Part shown: positions 7,806 through 16,397 of the stretch, one piece after another
Numbering within the stretch: position 1 is the stretch's first letter
Layout of the letters: every line of letters starts with the position of its first letter
Translations under genes and position numbers: made by a program
The notes under the pieces: model-generated
What the model was told of the DNA's origin: nothing
Database searches by the model: none
Seen by the model: the letters and a program-made list of their open reading frames with translations, nothing else
NCBI GenBank assembly: GCA_011389815.1
Contig: JAABTP010000020.1
Span: 1-24,000, forward strand
Direction of reading: 5' to 3'
Length of the DNA stretch: 24,000 bases
DNA from: Desulfobulbaceae bacterium
GTDB taxonomy: Bacteria > Desulfobacterota > Desulfobulbia > Desulfobulbales > Desulfobulbaceae

Positions 7806-8003
7806 ATGAAAAAAATATCGTTTTATCTCGCATTGACAACAACAGCTGCCCTGCTTGGTGGATGCTGTTTACCGCCACCACACCACCGAACAACAGCAAT
7901 ACACCCGGCAGCAGCAAGAGCATATCGTCATCCTGTTGTCATACCTGCGCCAAGGATTGTTGTTCCTGTTCCGCCACCAAGATATAATAGATATTACCGA
8001 TGA
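7806..8003 (+). CDS. 65-aa Pro/His/Arg-rich lipoprotein
   Basis: Part of tracked ORF 7734..8003. Start chosen at ATG 7806. MKKISFYLALTTTAALLGGCCLPPPHH... has the lipobox LGGC. It contains AYRHPVV and PRIVVPVPPP, which resemble the repeat motifs of the neighbouring proteins. Confidence 0.65.
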   Translation: MKKISFYLALTTTAALLGGCCLPPPHHRTTAIHPAAARAYRHPVVIPAPRIVVPVPPPRYNRYYR

Positions 8004-8144
8004 AAATATGCATCGCTTGCCATCAGGCTGGCGGTGTTGTTACTCACGCTATAAATGCCCCTTTCCTGTGGTTCTCCTGTATTCTTTCCTGTAACTTTTT
8101 ATGTTGATGTTTTTTTAAAACCTTATTATGACTCTGCTCTGAAA

Positions 8145-8840
8145 ATGACGCTAAAAAAAACATACTCCTTTGCTATCGCATGCTCTCTGCTGATAATGCC
8201 AGCGATCTCCGCCAATGCCCATGCAGAAACCGGCCAGATTGGTCTGGCTATCAAGGCTGGTACCCTTGGCGGCGGGCTTGAAATCAGTATGGATATCAAC
8301 CCATATCTGGAATTACGAACTGGTATCAATCAGATAAGTTTTGATTTTGACACAACCATTGGAGACATTGATTATAATTTTGCTCCAGATTTCTTCACAA
8401 GCTCATTGCTGCTTGACCTGCATCCTTTAGGTAATGCTTTTCGTTTCACCGCAGGTGCCTTTATCAACAATAATGAGATAGACATTGACGGCACGTACCG
8501 CCAGGATCTGCTCTCCCCAGAGCTGGCTCGCTATGCCGATTTAATTGACCAGGCCCATGTCGTCGGCCTGATTGAATTTGACACCTTTGCTCCCTATCTC
8601 GGTATTGGCTGGACCAGCAATCATAATTCTGAGAGCCGATGGGGCGTGAATATTGATTTGGGGATTATGTTTCAGGGGACAGCACAGGTAAGCGAGTTAC
8701 GCGTTGAGGATCCCTGGGGTGCAGGAAGCCTTCCAGCTACCCAACTCTTTATCCAGCGTGAGCGAGAGGAAATAGAAAAAGAAATTGATGAGTATGAATA
8801 CTACCCGATTGCATCTCTTTCTCTCAGCTATAAATTCTGA
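8145..8840 (+). CDS. Putative small outer-membrane beta-barrel protein
   Basis: Part of tracked ORF 8055..8840. Start chosen at ATG 8145. The signal peptide is MTLKKTYSFAIACSLLIMPAISANAHA. It has alternating hydrophobic beta-strand-like segments and ends LSLSYKF, a terminal aromatic as in an OMP beta-signal. Confidence 0.75.
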   Translation: MTLKKTYSFAIACSLLIMPAISANAHAETGQIGLAIKAGTLGGGLEISMDINPYLELRTGINQISFDFDTTIGDIDYNFAPDFFTSSLLLDLHPLGNAFRFTAGAFINNNEIDIDGTYRQDLLSPELARYADLIDQAHVVGLIEFDTFAPYLGIGWTSNHNSESRWGVNIDLGIMFQGTAQVSELRVEDPWGAGSLPATQLFIQREREEIEKEIDEYEYYPIASLSLSYKF

Positions 8841-9069
8841 TCACAAGGAGAGGTAAAAAAATTAAACTTTGATGCAATCATCGGTTGTAACAACTCGTAT
8901 GATAGAGTATTCTTGTATCTGTGAGATAATTAATTAACTTTTTCGTCAAAAAATAAGGGTATATTTGATGAAAAACAAGTCACTGACAAGAATGTAAGCA
9001 TACTTTTTAAACGTAGGCTGGCCTATTTTATTGTTGGTATCAACAGGGAATGTAAGGAGGATAAAAAAA

Positions 9070-10224
9070 GTGAAATTAAAATTTTTGGCACAGGTAACTT
9101 TTTTGTTATTATTGTCAGTATGCACTGTTCAGGCAGCCACAACACTGACAGTAATTGGGCGTCATCCATTTTATAAGCCTCCCCTTAAGTCAATGGATGA
9201 ACTCAGAGGCATGATGCAGACCCAACAAGATGCAATTATGCAAGGTTTGCAAAAAGCGGGTAGCCCTCAACTGTACACACCGCTCATGCAACAATTTTCT
9301 CAGGCAGATATTCAACAAGTTGAATATCAACCTGGCGAAACCTTTCGTTGGATGCTGTTCCGACCAAACGGTGTTGGTCAGGTAAAAGCAGCGCAGGATA
9401 TTACCTGGGGCGGCACATCAGCATTAAGTAGCTTTGAATTTTCCATTGATGCTGGCGACAAACGCTATGTTTTTGCAGTACCTCTTTTCTGCGGCAACCT
9501 GGCCTTGAAAGAAGTTGTGCATGTTGTTGTAAAAGAAGTTCCAGGTCCTGAACGGATTGTTGAAAAAGTCGTTGAGGTGCCAGGTCCTGAACGAATAGTT
9601 GAAAAAACAGTTCCAGGTCCTGAACGGATTGTTGAAAAAGTTGTCGAGGTGCCTGTCGAGAAGATTGTAAAAGTTCCAGGACCTGAACGAATTGTAAAAG
9701 TTCCAGGGCCGGAGAGGATTGTTGAAAAAGTTGTCGAGGCACCGCCGCAATGCTGTCCCCCTTGTATCTACCCGATCCGTTACGTTGCTGATGCTGGTTA
9801 CCTCCGCTTATCAGATCCTGCTGATTTTGGTTTTGGCAGAATCGGTGTGGAATATGCCTTTAACCAGCGCCTTTCCTTCCTTGGAATGATTGGTGGCGCA
9901 ACAAAGGCTGATGGTAGCGATGGCGATGATGCATGGCTGGTTGACCTCATGGTACAATACAACTTGGCCTTCATGAAAATGGGTGAGGCATGGAATCCGA
10001 TCTTTCTGGGATTTGGTCTCGGTGGATGGATGTCTGATGGAGATGATGATATTGATTCTGAAGACAGCGATATAGATATCATTGCCCAGGTTGGTGCCCA
10101 GTTGTTTGGTCATCCAGACCACTTTAATACGTCTGTATTCTTAGAAGCACGTTCAGGAATTGACGAAATTGATAGTCTCTCTGAGTACGGACGCTTTGGT
10201 GCAGGCTTGCGTTTCCGCTTCTAA
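9070..10224 (+). CDS. Tripartite secreted/outer-membrane protein: N-terminal unknown domain, VPGPERIVEK repeat linker, C-terminal beta-barrel-like domain
   Basis: Part of tracked ORF 9031..10224. Start chosen at GTG 9070, 9 nt after AAGGAGG. The signal peptide is VKLKFLAQVTFLLLLSVCTVQA. There are five VPGPERIV repeats plus one degenerate copy, then PPQCCPPCIYP. The C-terminus is GAGLRFRF, an aromatic OMP-type end. Confidence 0.8.
   Translation: MKLKFLAQVTFLLLLSVCTVQAATTLTVIGRHPFYKPPLKSMDELRGMMQTQQDAIMQGLQKAGSPQLYTPLMQQFSQADIQQVEYQPGETFRWMLFRPNGVGQVKAAQDITWGGTSALSSFEFSIDAGDKRYVFAVPLFCGNLALKEVVHVVVKEVPGPERIVEKVVEVPGPERIVEKTVPGPERIVEKVVEVPVEKIVKVPGPERIVKVPGPERIVEKVVEAPPQCCPPCIYPIRYVADAGYLRLSDPADFGFGRIGVEYAFNQRLSFLGMIGGATKADGSDGDDAWLVDLMVQYNLAFMKMGEAWNPIFLGFGLGGWMSDGDDDIDSEDSDIDIIAQVGAQLFGHPDHFNTSVFLEARSGIDEIDSLSEYGRFGAGLRFRF
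9538..9738 (+). repeat. In-frame tandem repeat array (units of 24-39 bp) encoding VPGPERIVEK(V/T)VE
   Basis: gttccaggtcctgaacgNatNgttgaaaaa... recurs at about 9538, 9577, 9610, 9673 and 9700. There is a degenerate unit (gtgcctgtcgagaagattgtaaaa) at about 9649. Confidence 0.9.
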
Positions 10225-10292
10225 AAAACAGCACACTTTTCTTATCCCTTAGAGAGGGTAAGACAGCAAAAGACGCGGAAGAGACGTGGTGT

Positions 10293-10337
10293 ATAGGGAG
10301 AATGAGCGAAGCTCATTCTCCCTATCTTTGTTTTTGT
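10293..10337 (+). terminator. Candidate rho-independent terminator of the envelope cluster
   Basis: A perfect 15-bp inverted repeat, atagggagaatgagc / gctcattctccctat, with loop gaa, followed by ctttgtttttgt. It lies about 70 nt after the stop at 10224. Confidence 0.55.
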
Positions 10338-10599
10338 AGGGTACCACCACCTCCAAAAAAAGCAAATACGCTCTCCACGTATCCGCCTTTTATATAAAAA
10401 TGTCAGATCACTTGGCAGGGGCACCCGCTACTTCTCTAGATAACAGTTCTCTTGTTAACCTTTTTCCCTTTACAACTGCTCCCACTCTAACAACAGGCCT
10501 TTGGCCTTTCTTCTTTTTCTTCAACATTGAACTTCAAACAGTAACCGCACTACTCCCGGGCCTCTTCGACCAAGGAGAACAGCATACCTGTTGAACTTA

Positions 10600-11979
10600 T
10601 CAGTCGTTTTTGAACTCTGTTACCAAGGCCTGAATCGAAGCCTTGGCATCACCAAAATACATCCGGGCGTTTTCAGCAAAAAACAGAGCATTCTGAATGC
10701 CCGCAAAGCCTGGGTTCATCGACCGTTTCAGAACAATAACCGTTTTAGCCCGGTGAGTCTCAATAATGGGCATGCCGTAGATTGGGCTGGACTCATCATC
10801 AAGGGCAGCAGGATTCACCACATCATTGGCACCAATGACCACGCAAACATCAACGCTCTCCATGCGAGGATTAATTTCATCCATCTCAACAAGTTGATCG
10901 TATGGAACATTGGCCTCAGCCAACAGCACATTCATATGTCCGGGCATGCGTCCGGCAACCGGGTGAATGGCATAGGAAACCTCGGTATCATTGGCTTCCA
11001 ACAGATCGCCAAGCTCTTTGACTGCATGTTGGGCCTGGGCAACCGCCAGACCATAACCAGGAACAAAGGTCACTGAGTCAGCTGCTTCAAGGATGTAATA
11101 GACATCCTCAGCTGAAGCAGTCCGCACCTCACCCTGTGGTCCAGCCCCTGCCTCCTGAGCTATAGTGCTGCCAAAGCCAGAAAAAAGCACATTCGCCAGG
11201 GAGCGATTCATGGCCTTGCACATGATATTGGTCAGAATGATTCCAGAGGCCCCAACCAAGGCTCCGGCAACGATCAGGATATTATTGGAAATGACAAAAC
11301 CAGCTGCACAGGCTGCAAGACCGGAATAGCTGTTCAGCAGGGAAATAACAACCGGCATATCAGCCCCGCCAATGGGAATGGTGGAGGTTATGCCAAATCC
11401 CAGGGCAACCAGGAGGATGAGAACAAAGACCACATAACCAAAATCACTTGCTGGCGTTACGCAGAAAACTGCTGCTGCAAGCAGGGCAAGTACCAAAAAA
11501 GCGGCATTGATGACATGCTGCCCTTTAAAGACCACAGCTTTCTGGGTCACCTTTCCGGAAAGCTTACCAAAGGCAATCATTGATCCAGAAAAGGTCATAC
11601 CACCAATAAAGGCGGAAAGAAAGGCAACAAGAGCAATAAAAACTGAGAGTTCTCTGTTCTGGTGGTACTCAGCCCAGGCAAGCAGGAGACTGGAAATACC
11701 ACCAAATCCATTGAACAGAGCCACCATTTCCGGCATAGCAGTCATTTTAACCCGAAGAGCAACAATGGCACCAAGGCCACTACCAATAACAATGCCAAGA
11801 AAAATCCACTTATAATCCAAGCCAGCATTCAGCATTGTGACTATAATGGCGATCAGCATACCAAGGGAGGAAAGCAGATTTCCTTGTCGGGCCGTGGCAG
11901 GTGAACTAAGCATCTTCAGACCAAAGATAAACAGAACTGCTGATACCACATAGGTAAAATTAATGATAAGAGGATTCAT
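10600..11979 (-). CDS. pntB: NAD(P) transhydrogenase subunit beta
   Basis: 459 aa. It has an N-terminal polytopic membrane domain and a C-terminal NADP(H)-binding domain III (SVTFVPGYGLAVAQAQH...AIHPVAGRMPGHMNVLLAEANVPYD). The start ATG overlaps the upstream stop (ATGA). Confidence 0.92.
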   Translation of the reverse strand: MNPLIINFTYVVSAVLFIFGLKMLSSPATARQGNLLSSLGMLIAIIVTMLNAGLDYKWIFLGIVIGSGLGAIVALRVKMTAMPEMVALFNGFGGISSLLLAWAEYHQNRELSVFIALVAFLSAFIGGMTFSGSMIAFGKLSGKVTQKAVVFKGQHVINAAFLVLALLAAAVFCVTPASDFGYVVFVLILLVALGFGITSTIPIGGADMPVVISLLNSYSGLAACAAGFVISNNILIVAGALVGASGIILTNIMCKAMNRSLANVLFSGFGSTIAQEAGAGPQGEVRTASAEDVYYILEAADSVTFVPGYGLAVAQAQHAVKELGDLLEANDTEVSYAIHPVAGRMPGHMNVLLAEANVPYDQLVEMDEINPRMESVDVCVVIGANDVVNPAALDDESSPIYGMPIIETHRAKTVIVLKRSMNPGFAGIQNALFFAENARMYFGDAKASIQALVTEFKND

Positions 11980-12275
11980 TGGAAGTCTCCTTCATTTTTT
12001 TCTTTCTTCTTAAACATTTCAAGCATACGGTTTGTCACCATATATCCTCCCACCACATTAATGGTTGCAAAGGCAACAGCAATAGTTCCCAGAACAGTGG
12101 CAAAGGAATGATTATCAGATTGCAGGGATGCAATAGCTCCGATTAGAGTGATGCCGGAAATGGCATTAGAGCCGGACATCAACGGAGTATGCAGAGTAGA
12201 AGGTACCTTGGAAATAAGCTCAAAGCCTAAAAAAATTGCCAGGATAAAAACAAAGGTTAAATATATTGGTTCCAT
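11976..12275 (-). CDS. pntAB: NAD(P) transhydrogenase subunit alpha part 2 (membrane part)
   Basis: 99 aa, hydrophobic, with HTPLMSGSNAISGITLIGAI typical of the PntAB segment. It sits between pntAA and pntB. Confidence 0.88.
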   Translation of the reverse strand: MEPIYLTFVFILAIFLGFELISKVPSTLHTPLMSGSNAISGITLIGAIASLQSDNHSFATVLGTIAVAFATINVVGGYMVTNRMLEMFKKKEKNEGDFQ

Positions 12276-12284
12276 TTCATCTCC

Positions 12285-13421
12285 TCACTTCTTCATAATA
12301 TTTTTGTACACCTTACTGACGATTTCACCATTATGGGTAATCAAAGCACCCTGCATGATTTCATTCTCATGATGCACAGCGAGTAGTTTGCTCTCTTTAT
12401 CCCAAAAATGCTCAACAAAATTGCCAAGATTGGCTGAGTACATTTGACTGGCTGTTGTCGCAACCCGACCAGGGAGATTGGCAATACCCAAGATTTTCAC
12501 CCCTTCAATCTCAACGATTGTATCCATTTCAGAGCCTTCCACATTACCGCCGGTCTCCACAGCCATATCAATGATCACAGCCCCCGGACGCATCTGCGCC
12601 AAAATGGTATGATCAATAATCCGGGGAGCGGGCCGGCCAAAAAGTTGGGCTGTTGTGATAACAACATCTGCTCTGGCGCAGGCATTGGCCATGCCCTCTT
12701 GTTGCAAGGCCATCTGCTCCGGGGTCAGTGCTTTGGCATAACCGTCCTTGGTTTGACCGGTTTCACCAAGATCAACCTTGACAAATTTTGCGCCCAGGGA
12801 CCGTACCTGCTCTTCAACCACAGGTCTGGTATCAAAGGCTTCCACTATTGCTCCGAGACGTTTGGCTGTAGCGATGGCCTGAAGTCCAGCCACACCAACA
12901 CCGATAATAAAGACTCGTGCTGGTTTGATCGTTCCGGCTGGTGTGGTCATCATGGGAAAAGTTCTGTCCAGCTGATCTGCTGCCAAGGTCACAGCAGCAT
13001 AGCCGCCAAGATTGGCCTGGGAAGAAAGGACATCCATCTTCTGAGCAACAGTGGTACGGGGAATCATTTCCAGACTGATTGCTGAAATATGGGCATCTCT
13101 CAGGGTTTCAACAAGATCGCCTTCATTGAATGGATCAAGATAACTCACATGAATGCAGCCCTTTTTCATCAGAATCACTTCATCCTTAGGAGGCTTGCGC
13201 AGCCGGAGAATGATGTCAGCTGTTTTCAGCATATCCTCTTGCGAGCTCCCAATGGTGGCTCCTGCTTCCTTATATTCATCATCATCAAAACGACAACTCA
13301 TGCCAAGGCCGGATTCAATAACCACCTCAGCTCCGAGTTTGACCAGCCTGGCTGCTGTAGCGGGAATCAGAGGGACCCGTTTCTCCCTTGGGTGCCTTTC
13401 CTTCATGACTGCAATTAGCAT
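12285..13421 (-). CDS. pntAA: NAD(P) transhydrogenase subunit alpha part 1 (alanine dehydrogenase/PNT domain)
   Basis: 378 aa. It has a Rossmann motif VFIIGVGVAGLQAIATAKRLGA, and the N-terminus MLIAVMKERHPREKRVPL is typical of PntA dI. AAGGGAG SD. Confidence 0.92.
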   Translation of the reverse strand: MLIAVMKERHPREKRVPLIPATAARLVKLGAEVVIESGLGMSCRFDDDEYKEAGATIGSSQEDMLKTADIILRLRKPPKDEVILMKKGCIHVSYLDPFNEGDLVETLRDAHISAISLEMIPRTTVAQKMDVLSSQANLGGYAAVTLAADQLDRTFPMMTTPAGTIKPARVFIIGVGVAGLQAIATAKRLGAIVEAFDTRPVVEEQVRSLGAKFVKVDLGETGQTKDGYAKALTPEQMALQQEGMANACARADVVITTAQLFGRPAPRIIDHTILAQMRPGAVIIDMAVETGGNVEGSEMDTIVEIEGVKILGIANLPGRVATTASQMYSANLGNFVEHFWDKESKLLAVHHENEIMQGALITHNGEIVSKVYKNIMKK

Positions 13422-13509
13422 AAATCACTCCCTTGGATTCTAAAGATTTTTTTCTTGAATTGAAGTGGATTTCGATCAAACAGGGTCAGCAAACGCCTGT
13501 CTGTTGCGT

Positions 13510-13537
13510 GTTATACACCATAGTACCTCATGACCAA
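13510..13537 (-). promoter_or_regulatory. Candidate promoter of the pnt operon
   Basis: On the minus strand: TTGGTC (13537-13532), a 16-nt spacer, then TATAAC (13515-13510). This is motif matching by eye only. Confidence 0.3.
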
Positions 13538-13764
13538 CTGAGAAATTCCAATCCGTTTATTTTTACACAAAAAAAAACAAAATCCCAGTAAAAACGATAA
13601 AAAAAGGACCATGTACGTCAGACAGCTTTTTCATGAATAAATCTTTTCTTGTCTCTTCATGATAGTCTGTTATTTTATTTTGTAAAGGCAGTACCAAATA
13701 ACGCACAGCATATCGCAATACAATATTCTCCATAAATATCAAGAAAAAACAAGGAAGAGTTAAG

Positions 13765-14190
13765 ATGTCACAAGAAGTACATGCGGAACTGAAAACCTTT
13801 ATCAAGGACTGGCAAGAAAGTGCAGAAAAAAATAAAAAAATCTTTCTTCGGTACAAAGAGCAGCTGGAAGGCAATAAAAATATTTGCCTGGAATTCATCC
13901 CCCGCCCAGGTATTACCTATTCTCTCCGGGCAAGCCACCGAACGCAAAAGACAAGAAAACTCTTTGCTGTGATTGACGTGATTGAGGATATTCCCAGATG
14001 GCTTTCTGTTTGTTTTTACAGCGACATGATCACTGACCCAGAAGAAAAAAGTGATGCTGTGCCTGGTGGCCTGCTCGGGGAGGATGCTGTTTGTTTTGAT
14101 CTGGAGGCATGGAACGACGAGTTAGTCAGCTATGTAGGTGCCCGACTTGCCGAGGCCTGTCAACGGGCAAGCCAAGATGAGAAAGAATAA
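13765..14190 (+). CDS. Hypothetical 141-aa protein (family not recognised)
   Basis: AAGGAAGAG SD before ATG 13765. It has the same strand as punA/mtaD and is closely spaced with them. I could identify no signal peptide or motif. Confidence 0.6.
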   Translation: MSQEVHAELKTFIKDWQESAEKNKKIFLRYKEQLEGNKNICLEFIPRPGITYSLRASHRTQKTRKLFAVIDVIEDIPRWLSVCFYSDMITDPEEKSDAVPGGLLGEDAVCFDLEAWNDELVSYVGARLAEACQRASQDEKE

Positions 14191-14232
14191 GGATTGAGCA
14201 GTTCACCGAAGCCATTTGAAAATAAAAAGATC

Positions 14233-15072
14233 ATGATTAATATTAAAGCATACAAAGAACAGGTAGAAGAAGCAGTTGCTTTTCTCCAAACCCACCTCCC
14301 GGTACTCCCGGAGATTCTGATCCAGCTGGGCACGGGGCTGGGGAATCTGGTCGAGGCAATGGAGGGTAGTATCACTCTCCCGTATGAGGAGATTCCCGGC
14401 TTTCCCCACTCCACAGTAACCAGTCATGCAGGCAATCTGGTCTGCGGCACCCTGGCCGGAAAAACCTGCGCTATTCTTCAGGGAAGATTCCATTATTACG
14501 AGGGGTATTCTGCTAGAGAAGTCGCCTTTCCGGTTAGGGTTCTGTCCCTGCTCGGTGTGCGGATCGCCATTATTACCAATGCCTCGGGCGGGCTGAACAG
14601 GTCCTGGCAGGCCGGGACTATCATGATCCACAAAGATCATATCAATCACCTACCGGATAATCCTTTGCGCGGCCCCAATGTCGATGAATGGGGGCCACGT
14701 TTTCCCGATCTTTCAGATCCCTATCATCCTGATTTACAAAACCTGGCCTGGCAGGCAGCACAACAACCAGGCATTACCGAGGTAACAGCTGGTACCTATG
14801 TCTGCATTCCTGGCCCCAGCCTGGAAACTCCGGCAGAAACCCGAATGCTCAAACAGTGGGGTGCTGATGCTGTGGGTATGTCCTCAGTACCGGAAATCAT
14901 CACGGCCCTGCACGGCGGATTACAGGTGCTTGGCCTGTCTGTGGTGGCAAACATCAATGACCCGGATAATTTCACTCCTATTCTCCTGGAAGATATTGTT
15001 GAAGCTGCCAGCCAGGCCGAACCCAAATTACAGAAATTGATCCTTGAAATCGTACAGGAGATAGAAGTATGA
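14233..15072 (+). CDS. punA: Purine nucleoside phosphorylase (PunA/PNP family 2)
   Basis: Part of tracked ORF 14194..15072, which starts at a TTG. I prefer ATG 14233 (MINIKAYKEQVEEAV...). The conserved motifs are STVTSHAGNLVCGTLAGKTCAILQGRFHYYEGY, ITNASGGLN and GADAVGMSSVPE. Confidence 0.85.
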   Translation: MINIKAYKEQVEEAVAFLQTHLPVLPEILIQLGTGLGNLVEAMEGSITLPYEEIPGFPHSTVTSHAGNLVCGTLAGKTCAILQGRFHYYEGYSAREVAFPVRVLSLLGVRIAIITNASGGLNRSWQAGTIMIHKDHINHLPDNPLRGPNVDEWGPRFPDLSDPYHPDLQNLAWQAAQQPGITEVTAGTYVCIPGPSLETPAETRMLKQWGADAVGMSSVPEIITALHGGLQVLGLSVVANINDPDNFTPILLEDIVEAASQAEPKLQKLILEIVQEIEV

Positions 15073-16397
15073 GTCAGGAAAAAACAGCAGAGATCAACCT
15101 GGTGGTTTCTGGTCGCTACCTGGTGACAGACAGCCAGAATGTTCTGGAGCAGGAAAACATCTCAGTTGCGGTGAGCAAGGATCGGATTGTTGAGATTGGC
15201 GACAACCTGGCAGTAAAATATCCCCAGGCCCAATGCCTCAGCCATGCCCACGGACTGATCATGCCAGGCCTGATCAACACCCATACCCATGCGGCCATGT
15301 CCTGCTTTCGCGGCTTAGCTGATGACCTGCCCCTGATGGAGTGGCTGCAGGAACATATCTTTCCCAGAGAGGCCCAGCTCACCTCGGAGATCGTCTATCA
15401 GTCCACACTTCTTTCTCTCTGCGAGATGATCAGATCCGGGACCACGTCTTTCAATGATATGTACCTGTTTGCAAAGGATGTAGCCCGTGCCGCTGCTGCA
15501 TCAGGGGTGCGGGCCTGGGTGGGTGAGGTCCTCTATGACTTTCCCTCGCCTAATTACGGAGAACTGGAAAATGGTTTTACCTATACTGAAGATTTATTTG
15601 AGCAATACGCAGGAGACGATCTGATCACTGTGACGGTAAATCCTCACTCGGTCTACACCTGCTCCCCTTCCCTGCTGGAACGAATGGCCGCGCAGGCCGA
15701 GGAAAAGCAAGCACTTTATCATATTCATCTTGCGGAAAATCAGGACGAGGTCCATACCTGCACGGAACGCTACCAGTGCTCGCCGGTGCAGCATCTGGAA
15801 ACCTTGGGCCTGCTCAATGAACGGGTGGTGGCTGCCCACGGGGTGATGGTGACTGAGGAGGAGATCAAGCTGCTGGTAGAGCGCAGGGTCAAGATAGCTC
15901 ATTGCCCGGAATCCAATATGAAGCTGGCTTCAGGAGTAGCCCCGGTACCTGCTATGCTGGCAAAAGAGCTTGTCGTCGGTCTTGGAACAGACGGCAGTGC
16001 CTCCAATAATGATGTGGATATGTTCGGGGAGATGAATTCAGCAGCTAAACTCCATAAAGTAGACCAGATGGATCCCACAGTAATGAATGCCACCCAGACC
16101 CTGCATGCAGCCACCTTGGGAGGTGCCGCAGTGCTCGGAGCGGAAGCGGCAATCGGCACCCTTGCTGTGGGCAAAAAGGCCGACCTTATCATGCTGGATA
16201 TGAATCAACCGCATCTCACGCCGGTCTATAATCCGGTGTCCCACCTGGTCTATACAGCTGGTGGTGGTGATGTGTTCCATTCAGTTATTAATGGGCAGGT
16301 GGTCATGGAAAATCGGCAAATAACCACCCTGGATGAGGTAGCGATTTTCACAGAGATGAAGCGGATTGGTGAAATGATTCAACGGATGGGGCAGTAG
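15069..16397 (+). CDS. mtaD: 5-methylthioadenosine/S-adenosylhomocysteine deaminase-type amidohydrolase
   Basis: 442 aa. It has MPGLINTHTHAAMSCFRGLADDLPLMEWL, HIHLAEN and GTDGSASNNDVDMF, the metal-ligand pattern of the MtaD/TM0936 amidohydrolase subgroup. The start overlaps the punA stop (ATGA). Confidence 0.85.
   Translation: MSQEKTAEINLVVSGRYLVTDSQNVLEQENISVAVSKDRIVEIGDNLAVKYPQAQCLSHAHGLIMPGLINTHTHAAMSCFRGLADDLPLMEWLQEHIFPREAQLTSEIVYQSTLLSLCEMIRSGTTSFNDMYLFAKDVARAAAASGVRAWVGEVLYDFPSPNYGELENGFTYTEDLFEQYAGDDLITVTVNPHSVYTCSPSLLERMAAQAEEKQALYHIHLAENQDEVHTCTERYQCSPVQHLETLGLLNERVVAAHGVMVTEEEIKLLVERRVKIAHCPESNMKLASGVAPVPAMLAKELVVGLGTDGSASNNDVDMFGEMNSAAKLHKVDQMDPTVMNATQTLHAATLGGAAVLGAEAAIGTLAVGKKADLIMLDMNQPHLTPVYNPVSHLVYTAGGGDVFHSVINGQVVMENRQITTLDEVAIFTEMKRIGEMIQRMGQ

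Noticed and set aside
10242-10594. Two 60-64-aa ORFs (10242..10424 minus, 10400..10594 plus) in the convergent intergenic region
   Set aside because: They have no SD and odd composition, and they overlap the terminator hairpin region. They are most likely non-coding 3' flanks of the envelope cluster and pntB.
10591-11076. Plus-strand ORF of 161 aa, and the 12444..13085 and 13089..13443 plus-strand ORFs
   Set aside because: They are antisense to the unmistakable pntB and pntAA coding sequences.
13563-13898. Minus-strand ORF of 111 aa
   Set aside because: It lies in the AT-rich divergent promoter region and overlaps the start of the better-supported plus-strand gene at 13765. It has a Phe/Leu/Ser-rich low-complexity translation typical of AT-rich noise.
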